Source: Eledone cirrhosa
Taxonomy: Eukaryota
DNA length: 64,000 nt
Assembly: GCA_964016885.1 (NCBI GenBank)
Contig: OZ024748.1
Span: 24,924,001-24,988,000, forward strand
Direction: 5' to 3'
Below the pieces are notes generated by a model, which worked only from the letters and a program-made list of their open reading frames with translations, was not told the origin of the DNA and made no database searches. The stretch's first letter is position 1. Each line of letters begins with the position of its first letter. Made by a program: the position numbers and the translations under genes. Below are positions 41,676-56,356 of the stretch, piece after piece.

Positions 41676-43146
41676 ATGAAATCGTGTGTCGAAACAAATA
41701 TTGCTAAACACTATGCTAAACCCATGGCCTCCAAATACCTGATACTCAAAAACTCAGCAATGTTTAATAATGCTAAGTTTAATATTCTGATCGCAGATTT
41801 GGTACGAGTGATGAAGAATGTGTCCCGCATGTGCGACCCAACAGAAATGGAAAGACACATCCAACACTTCATCAACCGCATGCAGTTCTCTGGCTGCAAC
41901 CAAAGAGACAGAGTCAGAGTATACGAAGGAGCCATGGAGAAGTATAAGACCCTCATAGAACTGGACATGAAAGGAATTTGCCCATTTTACAGGAGCAAAT
42001 CATGGAATAGCTTAGATAGGGCTAGACATAAGATAGGGAAAGCCACCTCATGGTACGACAACCAGAGATACCAGAGTGTCATGTTTGTGGACGCTACCCC
42101 TGGAGGGAAATTAGCTAACCAGTGTAGAAAGGCCCTGAGAAAGACCCACTTAAAAGTAAAGGTGGTAGAAAAGCCAGGAACCACCATGAAATCCCTGATC
42201 AGCAAAATCTACCCTTTTAAGAAAACCCACTGTACTAATAGGAAATGTATCATATGTAAGGTAAACCCCCTAGAAACGTAGTCTATAGCATAAGATGTAC
42301 AGAGGGTACTTGCAGAAACATGACAACAACATACATAGGCGAGACAGCTCGTAGTATAGGTGAAAGGATAGACCAACACTGGGGGGAACTAAAAGGACGA
42401 AAAAACGGGTCAGTACTATACGAACATGCCAGACAACAACACGACGGTAACATAGACAACATAGAAATTAGAATAATATCTAAACATAGAAATGACTCAG
42501 CAGATAGGCAAATCAGAGAGGCCAGTGAAATAGAACTTAGAAGGCCAAGACTAAACAGAAAGAATGAATGGAATAACAATAACACCCAAACAAACAACAC
42601 TGACCTAAGAGAAGTATAAATAAATAAATAAATAGATAAATAAATAAATAAATACATAAACAAGCACAATAACAACAAACACATATAAACACACACTAGT
42701 AAAGATAGAATACATTAACCGATACACAGTCACCCAATCACGAACACACATCAAACAAAACACTATACACACACGCAAACGCATGCGCAAAGAAGACAAA
42801 ATAAAATAAACAAACAAACAAATAAATAAATAAATATATAGACAGACTAAATAAAAATGGCGTAGACATACAATGTAACGGGAGGAAACAATAGCACCAC
42901 TGACGATGTTGCAGATGTGCAACGAAAGAACTTTGATAAACTATATATATGTGTTTGTGTCTATATTGTATCTGTATTATTTTTGACCGTCGGTCAGTCA
43001 ATGGCAACATTGAGGACCGAATAAATTAGATTACCGATATAAAAGACACAGAAGCGAAAAACGAAAACCAACCAAACAGTGAGTGTGTTCTGTTATTAAT
43101 TCTGGCAATATTACACAAATATGACCCTCCCCAAGTATAACAATAT
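41676..43146 (+). mobile_element. Penelope-like element, 5'-truncated: RT C-terminus, GIY-YIG endonuclease and 3' UTR
   Basis: HYAKPMAS...MFVDATPGGKLA...KVVEKPG...CTNRKCIIC; frameshift near 42275; VVYSIRC...YIGETARSIGERIDQH...RQIREASEI...LNRKNEW. Confidence 0.93.
42896..42937 (+). ncRNA. Minimal hammerhead in the Penelope 3' UTR
   Basis: acca-CTGACGA-t-gttgca gatg tgcaac-GAAA-gaac-TT-tgat; one stem I mismatch. Confidence 0.65.
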
Positions 43147-43156
43147 ATATATATAT

Positions 43157-44047
43157 ATAAATGGAATAGAATGAAACGAAATTTCATTTCTCACTCTTAG
43201 TACGGCACTTACTTAAATGTAAGTATGTATGTATACGTACATACATATATGTATACAGACGTACAGTAGCATGTATATATATACATACAGGCACACATAC
43301 ATATATGCACGTATCAGTTTACCGAACATTTATTATAATGCTCGGTTTGTTCGTTTGTAAACAAACAAACAGCCTGAATTACGCCGTACAATATTTAGGC
43401 AACCACGTTGAACAAAAAGGTGACGTGGTTGCCTAAACACTGTACGGCGTAATTCAGGCCGTTTGTTTCCAAACGAACAAACCGAGCATTATAATAACTG
43501 TTCGGTAAACTGATACGTGCATATATATATATGTGTGCCTGTATGTATATATATACATGCTACTGTACGTCTGTATACATATATGTATGTACGTATACAT
43601 ACATACTTACATTTAAGTAAGTGCCGTACTAAGAGTGAGAAATGAAATTTCGTTTCATTCTATTCCATTTATCGTTTTCGGTGCGCCTGGCCGACTGAAT
43701 TCACTCGATATGCAAATTAGGCTGCTCAGCCGTTAATTTTCATAAGGAAAGTATATACTTTCGGACGTTCAACCATCTGCCAGAAAGGTATACGGTGCTG
43801 ACGATAGCTAATAAGCTTGAAACTAGTACATCGTTCCTGTGTCAGTGTTGAACAAAAAGGTGACGTGGTTGCCTAAACACTGTACGGCGTAATTCAGGCT
43901 GTTTGTTTGTTTACAAACGAACAAACCGAGCATTATAATAAATGTTCGGTAAACTGATACGTGCATATATATATGTGTGCCTGTATGTATATATATACAT
44001 GCTACTGTACGTCTGTATACATATATGTATGTACGTATACATACATA

Positions 44048-44051
<4 letters not shown>
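43157..44051 (+). mobile_element. Non-coding hammerhead element: about 250-bp inverted arm plus about 1.5 tandem copies of a 440-bp unit
   Basis: Arms 43157-43408 and 43423-43672 are inverted; direct repeat starts at 43407 and 43847; (TA)n on both sides. Confidence 0.85.
43792..43834 (+). ncRNA. Type I hammerhead, intact core
   Basis: acggtg-CTGACGA-t agct aata agct t-GAAA-ctag-TA-catcgt; palindromic stem III ACTAGT. Confidence 0.85.
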
Positions 44052-44126
<75 letters not shown>

Positions 44127-44509
44127 GTCCCAGTCATTCATTGAGCAACATCGGTGAGGTTGGCACCCTTAACTCACGGTTGGGTGTGGATGCATTCATG
44201 TATATGTGTGTGTCCGCATCTATCTGTGTGTTTCTAAATATATTGTTAATAACTCCCTCTGGTTGAGTAATCTTTGAAGTGTGGTGACTGCTGGAAAGCT
44301 GCCATTACTCATACTTCTCGCCTCCTTCACCACCTCTTCTACGGCTTCGATATAAATACCCCCTCCGCCTCTGTGGTATTTTCTTCGGGGTTATAGGAGG
44401 CTTAGCTCTGTTTCTCGACCGTTATATCGCATGACTATCTCCCCCTCCGCCTTTTGGGATTCTTTCTCACGTCGTGTAGACGCGTTCTTGAGACTAGTAA
44501 AATGAGGTA

Positions 44510-44599
44510 TCCTCTTGATAAGTCGGCGGACCTCGCAGGGACTCTATATCTTTATGATGTATTGTTTTTGTTTATGCCACGAAACTACGTAGTCGAGGA
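44510..44599 (+). ncRNA. Hammerhead with mutated core (TTGATAA) and long stem II
   Basis: tcctc-TTGATAA...GAAA (44581)-ctacgtag-TC-gagga; perfect stems I and III and a GUC site. Confidence 0.65.
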
Positions 44600-44665
44600 A
44601 TCTAGGAGCAGTTTAGGTATGATACATTTTATTACTAATTATATCTAAATGTTTCTTCTCTCTTC

Positions 44666-44748
<83 letters not shown>

Positions 44749-45044
44749 GGAGAGATATACTAGTCAACCTGTCGAGAGACATGCAGTTTGTATTTTATCA
44801 AATAAATTTCATTGTATCAACGGTGAAGACACCTTGAAATAGCCCAGTCTACTTAGCCTACTAACAGTCACCAATTATTAGAAACAACGGCTCGAATGTA
44901 CAAATTGATAACATTGTAAAAATTGTTCCAATCTGTTGTGGTATACGCTCCAACAAGCTGCCCTACTTCTTTCTCCCAGATGCTCTACAGGAAACGGAAG
45001 TTATCCGTGATGCTGTCCTCTTTGATAGATCTCAGGACTAACTG

Positions 45045-45175
<131 letters not shown>

Positions 45176-47037
45176 GTGTGTGTGTGTGTGTGTACATGTA
45201 CATGGAAACAATCAATTAACTGCTTTATATTTGAAGACACTATTTTGCTTTGTAGCAACAAATAGAATTTTGATTCTCTTCCAAAATGTGCGTCCTGTGT
45301 TCTTTATTGTATCAAGGTTATTATTGGATAATGTCCAGGCTGTAAATTGTATAGAAGACGTGCTAAGTAATACAAAAGTACAAGAAGCCTATATATGTTA
45401 TTGATTGAAGACTAATGTGAGAAAAGCTGCATACACTGCATAAATGAACGGTTTTATTATTTTCTTCTTTTTTTTCTCCAAAATATCTTTTCCATGTATT
45501 CTATTGTAAACATGCACTAAAATATTCTTTTGATTTCATTTACCCCCTGTTATCCGGTTATTTATCATATCCGGTTATGTAATCTATATTTACAATTGTT
45601 CACATTAGAACCCATCACTCTCCCCCTCCCTTTCTCTTGTGACCCTAGAGCCCTTGCCCTTTCCCTCCCTCACCCCTACCTTTCTTCTATGACCCTAGAG
45701 CCCTTGCCTTTCCCTTCCTTTTCCGTTTTCATAACCACAAAAGACAATTGAAATTTTTAGAATAAAGATATTTCTATAAAATAGGTTGAAGACCCTTAAA
45801 GATGGAAAAAGAAGTTGCCATTGGCCGCTATAAGGAATCGAACCCCGTATCTCCCAGATAGCCGTTTTAAACCATTTTTAGCTAAAGTTTAATTACGGAC
45901 AGATATTATTGTTGTTGTTTACTCCCGGGTCAGTCCCCTGAGTAGACATTTGGTGAGACTCATGCGACCCTTGCCCATCCCAATGTAGTCTTACCTAGTA
46001 CTAACTACATTAGTTGATTCTTTAGTTTAACTCACCAATTTCACTTTGATACTAACTACAGTTTGACAAAAGTAAAAGTCGGGCATTAAACTCAAGGATC
46101 ATCCTACATTGTTCAATGTGTCCTTCTTGTGATTTCAGAAAATTTGGCTGCTATTTCTGGTGTGTCAAGTGATCACGTATAGGCTTACTCTGTGGATTAT
46201 CAACGACAAATATGATGTCAACATGTAAAACATAGATGAGCTCCAACAAGTCAACGAGATGTACTCTATGTAGTCGTTCGACTTGCTAGACATAGCAGCT
46301 GAACCTACCTCAGATCATACCTTACGATATAAAAAAATGTAAGTCTGGTAAAAAGACGGGATGGTAAAGATAGGAGTACTATATAAGTCCCAAGGGCAGC
46401 TGGTTGGCAAGAATCAGCTGAGCGTCGGACAAAATATTTTGTGGCATTTAGTTACGTCTTTTTTTATTTAAATCCCGCCGAGGACAAATGTTTTCTTTAC
46501 ATCTTTCCGGAGGTCGATGAAACAAAGTACCAGTTAAGAAGGTGGTTCTATTTAAATCGACGCTCCCCTTCTCCCATATAGCTGGCTTTGTGCCTACGTT
46601 AGAATCCATTATAATTCCCACACCATCCAGGAACGACGTGTGTCTTGACACTAACAGATGAAGTCCAACAGAAAAACATTAATGTAAACTCATTTAAAAC
46701 GTTTTAGTTTTATTCAGCTGCAAAAAGGCATAACATGTCATGGAAATACTCTTTTAATTTCCATGATATAACTCTTTTCGTGGTAGAATTTTCACTTCAA
46801 ACAAATTCAATTTGTTTTACTCTGACGCCATTGCCAACAGCTCAGGAAACTGACAGTGTGAAATTACGAAAAAAAAAGAAAATGGAAAACAGTTTTAAAA
46901 TATATGATGTATATATTTATATATTTATATATATTTATATATATTTATATATATTTATTTATATTTATATATATTTATATTTTATTTCAGCCATCAATCA
47001 AGGTGGTTTACAGATGTCTTTTTACCCGCCTCTCTAA

Positions 47038-47079
<42 letters not shown>

Positions 47080-47126
47080 AAGTATATATATATATATATA
47101 TGTGTGAGTGTGTGTGTGTGTGTAAG

Positions 47127-47209
<83 letters not shown>

Positions 47210-47416
47210 TACATATAAACTATAAATACACACACATATATACATAAATAAATGAATAAATACATACATACATGCATATATATATGCGTATGTATGTATG
47301 TATATATTTGAATGTATGTAGGTATGTGTGCACACACTCATATAGATATATCGATAGATATAAATATGTACGTATTTACAGGCATGCATATATACACATA
47401 TATACATACACACAAT

Positions 47417-47459
<43 letters not shown>

Positions 47460-47564
47460 CACATACATAGATTGTATGTCTATGTATGTATATGGTGATC
47501 AGATACCACTTCAGCTACTCCAGCTAACTGATCTGTAAAAGCTATACAGACATACATATGTATA

Positions 47565-47687
<123 letters not shown>

Positions 47688-47688
47688 G

Positions 47689-47720
<32 letters not shown>

Positions 47721-47727
47721 TGTATAA

Positions 47728-47759
<32 letters not shown>

Positions 47760-47764
47760 TTATG

Positions 47765-47869
<105 letters not shown>

Positions 47870-47888
47870 GTGTGTATATGTACATATA

Positions 47889-47957
<69 letters not shown>

Positions 47958-47959
47958 AC

Positions 47960-48063
<104 letters not shown>

Positions 48064-48869
48064 CATGTAAGGTGTGTGTGCCAGTAATTCAGTAATGGTT
48101 GTCTTTGGTGTTCTGGCTATGATACAAGATAGTAAAAGGAGAAATAAAGAAGCATTTAATATAGGAAATGGGAATGGTTCTCACCATTGAGCTTGTGTGA
48201 TGGCGGCGGGGAGGGATTTTGGATTTAGATCAAAGAAGTTAACTGTTTGAAGTATTAGTGTATAAGATTGAGTGGGTTTATGTTAACCGTTCGTCGCGTA
48301 ATATAATTGGTTCTACTTTTGGAACAAGGCCAGCAATTACCTCAGTTCATTACTGGTATTTTATTTTATCGACCCATCCCCCCGTAAGGGTGAAACGCAA
48401 GGTTTACCTCGGCAGGATTTGAACTCATCACGTAAAGGGCCATAACTCTATGCTGCAAAGCACGGTGTCTGACGGTGAATGAGTACTGCCAATCCATGTT
48501 CGTCGTATAATATAATTGTTTCTACTTTTGGCACAAGGCCAGCAATTATTTCAGTGTATTACTGGTACTTTATTTTATCGACCCCGTAAGGATGAAAGGC
48601 AAAGTTAAACATCGGCGGGATTTGAACTCCCACCAGAGATCCTCTACACGATTGGTCAGCTTGCTACAAACAGCAGCTAAATCCTTTCGAAATTATATGA
48701 CAAGCAAGGCTATAGTCGACTCAATCCCATCGAGAGGGTGTTACGGTTAAGCGTCGAAATACCCATTGAATGTTGAACACCGTCTGAGGACCTCAACGTC
48801 TCCCGGTCAAGGCTGTTTGTTCACCACAGATCAATGAATGTGAGGCATCTTTAAAATAATTATATCTAC

Positions 48870-49370
48870 TACACTGAACTATTCTACAATGCTTGACGAA
48901 ATAATATCTCAAAGAATTTTGGTAAAAAAAAAACCCAGAGTATAATAGCTGCCGAGAAACTAGTATTAGAAAAGCACGAAGTTAACTTGTCTGCTGAACA
49001 ACAGGCATTGAATACTTCGCTTAGTTCTTTGTTTAATGCTGAGTAATTTACTGTTTGATTCAATATTACAGTGTGGGTTTTAATTCATCTAGAAAGCAGA
49101 CGGCCATAAAAGACAGCTATAAGCTATAAACAGTTGTTGCAACAGATAAATGGAATCATTAAAGCAATAAAAGATGGTTCGTGCAAGCAATATAATATTG
49201 AAAATAAGGATAAACTGCTTTGTTTATAAAGACAGAGATATTTCAGAAGAAAAAGCAAAATGCCGTTTAAAACAATAGATTAAGAACGAAAGAAAAATAA
49301 CTAATGACATCCGAGTGTTTTAATTCAGTTCAACAAGAACTCAGAAATTCTAACAAAATTGATTTATTTT
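48870..49370 (+). pseudogene. Relic C: decayed bunyavirus-N-like ORF
   Basis: YSTMLDEI-ISKNF (48880), KLVLEKHEVNL (48957), TSLSSLFNAE*FTV (49014), YKQLLQQINGII (49125). Confidence 0.65.
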
Positions 49371-50970
49371 GAGTAGGGAGTGTTAATACCTTTTCTACCT
49401 TAACAGTTCCGGTTTAGAATAGAAAGCTCCGTGCTGCCAGTTCAACGAGGACTTATTTTGAGGTGGTGTTGGTGGTGGTGGTGGGATGTAGTGATGTTAA
49501 TACCTTTTCTACTTTAGCAATTCCAGTTTAAAATAGAAAGCTCCATGCTGCGACTCGCGTGTGTCGCTGTCTGTTCACCATTTTGTCCGAGGGGTGAAGC
49601 TGAAATATACAGCCTAGAGTGGGGTGTAGAGTCTAACACTACCTCCCGTTCTCTTACTTACGGTATTCAAATGTTTTCTTAGCATTATTTTATGTCGATA
49701 AAATAAAGTACCAGTAATGCACTGATAATTGCTGGCCTTGTGCCTAAAGTAGAAACAATTATTTTATTTTTTTTATATATATGCAAACATTATTAAACTC
49801 AACTGAAATTTGTTGAATAAAATTGACCTGTCTTTTCTATAAAAAAAAGGGCAAGAACAAATAAAAAAGCAAAACAAGTTATGAAGCTGATTTCACAAAG
49901 TCTAGCAAACCACCGCCACAACAACAACAATAACAACAGTAGCTATAACAACAATAATTGTTTCTATTTTTGGCACAAGGCCAGCAATTATCCCAGTACA
50001 TTATTGGTACTTTATTTTATCAACCCCGTAAAGATGAAAGGCAAAGTTAACCTCGGCGGGATTTGAACGCAGACCGTAAAAGGCCGTAACTCTATGCTGC
50101 AAAGCATAGCGTCCGACCCTCCACCGATTCTGCCAATCCATTCTAATATAGATACTTGGCAAAGAAATTTAGGGAGAGAGAGGTTTGTTGATTAAATCGA
50201 TCCCTTAATTAAACTGGTACATTATTTTCTCGTACGGGGTCGATAAAGTACCAGTAATGCACTGTTAATTGCTGGCCTTGTGCCTAAAGTAGAAACAATT
50301 ATTTTCTCAAATACGTCCATTTCTGTAAAGTTCGGCATCAACAACACACATCTTCCCTGAGTCGTAGATTATGCAAAGTGGTAAAATACTGAAGCGGTGT
50401 AACGGTAGAATTGTAGAGCATTGAACAAACTGCCTTGCTCTAAGTATGGCCTTCTATATTCAATTTTAAATCTTTCAGATATCTACTTTCATTCTACCTT
50501 TCATTCTTCCGGTGCCAATAAGTGTAATCAAGTATTAATGTCGATGTAATCGATTGATTTTTATTCCCCTAGAACTATAAATCACACTCTTGTACCCAAT
50601 TTGGTAATCAATATTTACGAAAGAAGTAAAAGGTTACAGAAAAGACAATCAAATGTAGGTTCAAATGACCGTAACACTAATTATTATACAATTTTCGCCT
50701 TCAAAACTTAAGAAATAATTGTTTCTACTTTTGGCACAAGGCTAGCAATTACCCAGTGCATTACTGGTACTTTATTTTATCGACCACGTAAGGATGAAAG
50801 GCAAAGTTAACCTCGGCGGGAGTTGAACTCAGAATGGCAAGGGCCGTAACTCTATGCGTCAAAGCATGGCGTCCGACTCTCTACCGATACTGCCAATCCA
50901 CCGCCATCAAACTTAAGAAATAATAACAATATAATGTTGTCTTTTTTATTTATTTTTTTAATTAATTTAT

Positions 50971-51600
50971 TATCAAAATGGATCTAACTGGAGTTGAAAG
51001 GAAAATTGATTAACGATTAATGAAGTTTGAATTAATAAAACATTAAATGGAAATTACCATAATTGGTTGGGTTTAATAAAGAAATCTTTCAGCTCGACCT
51101 GCTTCAACTGACTTAGAAAAGATGAAATTAACCCCCACTTGTGAGACAAATAAAAGAAATTAGATCAATGTAAAAAAATGTAATAATAAATAAAATTTCC
51201 TATTACAGTGTTTTATAGAGAGCTATAACAATGCAGATCGAACGTTAAACATAAATATCAACAATAACAAAGATAATGAAATGTTACCTAAAAAGTATTC
51301 AATTATTCCTGATATTTCGGGTTAAAAAAACCTTTACGGTTTTAAAAAGCTAGGGAAAGAATACGTCCATTAGGTTAGTATGTTGGTCAATTTATCTGTG
51401 AAATTAAATAGGCGTATGTGGTATATTAAGGATTAAAAAGAAAACGATGAATTCATTGAAGCGAGTCAAACTAAAAGCTAAACCGACTGTCTAATGAGGA
51501 ATTCAACTGCTTCGATCAGGGACTTTTAAAGCTTATTTTAGCCATTACAAACACCTGAAGCCATATTAGAATACAGCACTGTAACTAAATAGTCTCTTCT
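50971..51600 (+). pseudogene. Relic D: decayed bunyavirus-N-like ORF
   Basis: YQ-MDLTGVERKI (50971)...ELIKH*MEITIIGWV...LPKKYSIIPDISG* (51284)...EYVH*VSMLVNLSVKLNRR. Confidence 0.65.
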
Positions 51601-52233
51601 CTTCTGTAATATTCTAAATATTCTATAATAGGTTTATTGTGATATAAAAGAGTTAAAATAATATTTTTGAGGTAGATGTTTATACATTCCATACATACAT
51701 ACATAGATACATGGTGGCTGCCAACTCGTTTTCGAGTACGGCCACTACTTTATATCCATGTTATATCCATGTAGGGGAACCCTTACCGATGGGCTGAACG
51801 AGTGTGACTTTTTAGTCCAACCAGCGACTTGAAAACTCTGGTACAAACACTAGACATGTGACAATTATTGACACATGGTGCTGGGCCCATGGTACCATGT
51901 GACGACAAGTGCAGAGAGATCTCCAGATATAAAGCAATGCCTGTGCCGTGAAGCTTTTATAGTGAGCAAAGGCACCGCACAAAGCCAGTCCCACTCTCTT
52001 AACCAAGATGATATTTACCAAAAAGAAGAACAAGTCAACATCATTGGATACCATCAGGGTTGCAGGTGTTATATCAGAGTTTTCCTTCTCCTAGAATTCT
52101 GCCTTGACAAAGGCTAAGGGGTCATCTCTCCCTGTGATTAGATACATACATACATACATACATACATACATACATACATACATACATACATACATACATA
52201 CATACATACATACATACATACATACATACATAC

Positions 52234-53427
52234 AGTGACATAGATCGCCTCTACATGAAACGCAACCAGCCAGGGAGGCAGAGGGCTAACATCAGTACAG
52301 GCAGTATTTCAATGTTGTATCATATCCCTCCGACAATATTTACGAACATCCAAACGTAGGAGCCCATCTATTAAGCAAGTCTATCTGCAAAAGACAGATA
52401 AAATCATGAGAGTTGGGAAGGATCTCTTTGAAAGATATTCCCTGCGTGATAATCAAAAACTCACACCCAGGGAAGCTCCAGAGTGAGAGTAATATAGATA
52501 AGCAAAGTAGTCTATCCAACAGTCGCTATATTGGCTCCCACTTTGAAGGATATGCAAGAAATCAACACAAAATACCTGATTCACAAAAGAGATAGGGATG
52601 CAACAAAACACCTAGACGTGACAACAAATGCAGACTCTGCAGAATTAACATCGAAGATGTCACGCATGTCATAAGCAGCTGTCCAAAGATGTCATCACGA
52701 TACTATCTACCTATGAGGCATGATATGTAGTTGAAAAAACACTGTACAATGCAATCGGTAGAAAAGATAGCCCTGACAATAAACACATTAAAGGCTACAG
52801 CAATGTGGAAGACATACATATACATAATATGAAAGAGTACTGGTGGAATGTTCCAGTAAAAACCCCAATAAAATGCAAGCATAACAGACCAAATATAATG
52901 ATATGGGACAGTAGTGGAAGTTAGCTGCCCAGCAGATGCCAATATAATATTAAAGATTAGCGAAAAGGTGAATATCTATGCAGAACTAATGAAAAATCTG
53001 CAGATACTCCACCCTGACTATACCTTCAGATTTATACCTGTGATTATTGGGGCACTGAGATATGTTAGTAACTGCCTCAGTACAAATCTTGAGAAGCTGA
53101 CCTTCACAGAAACAGAAAGAACACGACTAGTTAGGAAATTACAAATACGGTCCATTAATGGAACAGTATAAATATGTAAAACATTTCAAACATTCTGCAT
53201 CTAATAACCGTACATACACATGTACAGATACAAAGCATATGCACACATACAACTCAAAACATACACATACACACATACAATAACATCCATACCTGCACAC
53301 ACATGCATGCATGCAGACATGCAGACATATCTACCTAGTTGATGAGTAAATTCCAATGAGTCTTGTAACTATGTTAGAAACCGACTCTCTATTGGTAAAA
53401 ATTTGGAAAATTATAAAACCAGAAGAA
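52234..53427 (+). mobile_element. R4/Dong-like family A, longer decayed copy
   Basis: SDIDRLYMKRN..GRGL, CCHC knuckle CRLCRINIEDVTHVISSC...RHD, then the endonuclease; nearly identical to 39653-40350; (CATA)n on both sides. Confidence 0.92.
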
Positions 53428-54639
53428 CATACATACGTAATATACATAATACATACATACATACATAATACATACATACATACATACATACATACATACA
53501 TACATACATACATGGTGGCTGCCAACTCGTTTTCGAGTACGGCCACTACTTTATATCCATGTAGGAGAACCCCTACCGATGCGCTGAACGAGTGTGGCTT
53601 TTTAGTCCAGCCAGCGACTTGAAAACTCTGGTACAAACACTACACTTGTGACAATTATTGACACATAGTGCTGGGCCCATCGTACCATGTGACGACAAGT
53701 GCAGAGAGATCTCCAGATATAAAGCAATGCCTGTGCCGTAAAGCTTTTATAGTGATCAAAGGCACTGCACAAAGCCAGTCCCACTCTCTTAACCAAGATG
53801 ATATTTACCAAAAAGAAGAACAAGTCAACATCATTGGATACCATCAGGGTTGCAGGTGTTATATCAGAGTTTTCCTTCTCCTAGAATTCTGCCTTGTCAA
53901 AGGCTAAGGGGTCATCCCTCCCGGTGATTTTGGATGGCCATTGACTCTTAAGAGCTCCTTTGCCCTTTGACAGGTTTTGTTTTTAGTCCTGCAGGATGTC
54001 CAAAGTCACCCTCCTCACCAAGAAACCTTGGTGGGGTTGCCAGTTTAGTCGCCAACGACCCGACCATGGGACAGGTTGTACTGGAATACATGTTACCAGT
54101 AGCACCAACATACATACATACATACATATATACATACATACATACATACATACATACATACATACATACATACATACATGGTGGCTGCCAACTCGTTTTC
54201 GAGTACGGCCACTACTTTATATCCATGTAGGAGAACCCCTACCGATGCGCTGAACGAGTGTGACTTTTTAGTCCAGCCAGCGACTTAAAAACTCTGGTAC
54301 AAACACTACACTTGTGACAATTATTGACACATAGTGCTGGACCCATGCTACCATGTGACGACAAGTCATACATACATACATACATACATACATACATACA
54401 TACATACATACATACATACGTACGTACGTACGTACGTACGTACGTATATGGTTAATTCGTTGCAAAGTAAATATATTCTTAAGAAGTTTTATGGTTCTTT
54501 TCCTCATTATTTGTACAACACGGCTTGTGTTCCAATCCCGCCGAAGTTAACTTTACCTTTCATTCTTACGGGGTCGATAAAATAAAGTACCAGTAATGAA
54601 CTTTTCCCAGATACCATGATCGTCTCCTGCGCATGGATT

Positions 54640-55310
54640 ATGTCTTTTTTTCAGCTATTTTTTTTCCTCCAAGAATTCAAATATTTTCATATGGTTTCCA
54701 GCGATATAGTTAATAGTTTTTAGCAGACATTTGTAAGTATTTTCCCTACTCCCGTTAAAACCTGTTACTTAACGATAGCTCAGAGAAATGAAAGAGAATA
54801 TTTTCAAAATGCGGTTTAAAATTGTTTGAAATTATCTCTGTAGGATCGGTTTCTAGTTTCAAACGATGAGATATGTGAGTTGAATAATGGTGATGGCGGT
54901 GGCGATTTGTTTAGATTTCTTTCATCGCTCTCTTCTGTGGCGGCTTTTGGCTTGTTAAGAATGTATTCAGTAAGTCGAGTAAGGTCAGAGGAGTTTGAGT
55001 AACAATTGCTATCTGTGACCGCCATTTATCCGGCAATGAAAGATATCTGTTGTCGAAAGTATTTGAGTATGAGTTTAACTTCATCCATGTGATATTTTAA
55101 TAGCTTCAAATTGCCGATAGAAGTATTTTTATGGGTTTTTTTATAGCAGCTGAGTTGATCTTAAATAAATGTAAAGAACGAATGAAGTGAGAAGAACACT
55201 TGATTTTGGTGGTGTCAATGTCAGCCAGGATGGGGATTGTTCAAGGATTTGGAAGTGATGAGTCAATTTTTAATGAGTATTGAAGGAAGCTAACCGGTGT
55301 AATGCGATGC
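54640..55310 (-). pseudogene. Relic F: decayed bunyavirus-N-like ORF
   Basis: HYTG*LPSILIKN (Y at 55301), EVKLILKYF (about 55082-55056), SDLTRLTEY (about 54989-54963), FKQF-KPHFENIL (54830-54794). Confidence 0.55.
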
Positions 55311-55730
55311 AGTGCCCAGACTAAAACAATTCCGATCCATTGTTAGAATATTAATATAATACAAAATATTTAATATCTGCTAACATTTCATACACGATTC
55401 TGTGATGATTTGGAATGAAATGTTTTGTTTTTATGTTTATTGTCATAAAACATTATTTATATATTTTATTGAAGACATTTTATTGATTATTGATTTTTCT
55501 ATCGAAAATTTCCTGTTTTGATAACTTTCATGTACATTTTATGTGTTTTTACTTTTACAAACCATTTTGTATTAAATATTTAAAACAGGAAGTTTAATTC
55601 CAAAGCAAACTTTTAAGCAAATTTCCGTTTTAAATATTTAAAACGTGTCGCTTTTATGTTTTCGTTTAAACTAAATTTATGAAATATTCATTTTATTCTA
55701 TTGAATTTATTTAAAGGATCTTTTCAAAGC

Positions 55731-55788
55731 ATGGCTAACACAAGTGGAATGGTGTACTTCGCAGGGTGGCTCTTAACTTTTGTCTCAG
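55731..55788 (+). CDS. Candidate first coding exon (signal peptide) of a host secreted or membrane protein; exon 55717-55788
   Basis: T-rich acceptor ending AG at 55715-55716, ATG at 55731, MANTSGMVYFAGWLLTFVS+G, phase-1 donor cag|GTAAAT at 55789. Confidence 0.45.
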
Positions 55789-56356
55789 GTAAATATTAAA
55801 TTATTTCTAATGTTTTTAATTAAACCTTGAAACCTGCACATATTCATTGTTGTTAATTAGATGTTGCCTTGCATAAAACTGTTGATTATTGATAACGAGT
55901 ATGTCCAATTAACACGTTGGCTAAATTCTAGATGATTAGTTTATTAGTAAACGAGCAAAAAGAAAATGAATTTCTAATTAAGGGTTTTTGGTAGTTTTTG
56001 TATTAATTAGAGAGATTATTTAATTATAACTCATCGAAACTGGATATTTTGTGAGGTAGGCAATCCATCATCCCGTTTAAAACCACCATTTGTAGGATAT
56101 CTCTCCCTACTCTACCAGATAACTTCCTGCTTTATTAAACTATATTCTAGCGTCGTATAAAAACAACAACACATTAGATAATATGTATTAGGATGAATGA
56201 TGCCAGGGTTGGGTGAGGGGGGGGGGGGGGTAACTAAAGCAGGTTATTCGACACCGCCATATTAGTGGCTTACAAAATAATTAAAATATGTCGCGACATT
56301 AAGCAAAATTCTACAAATGTGGGTCGTAAATACAAAATGTAGCTCTTTCTGTGACC

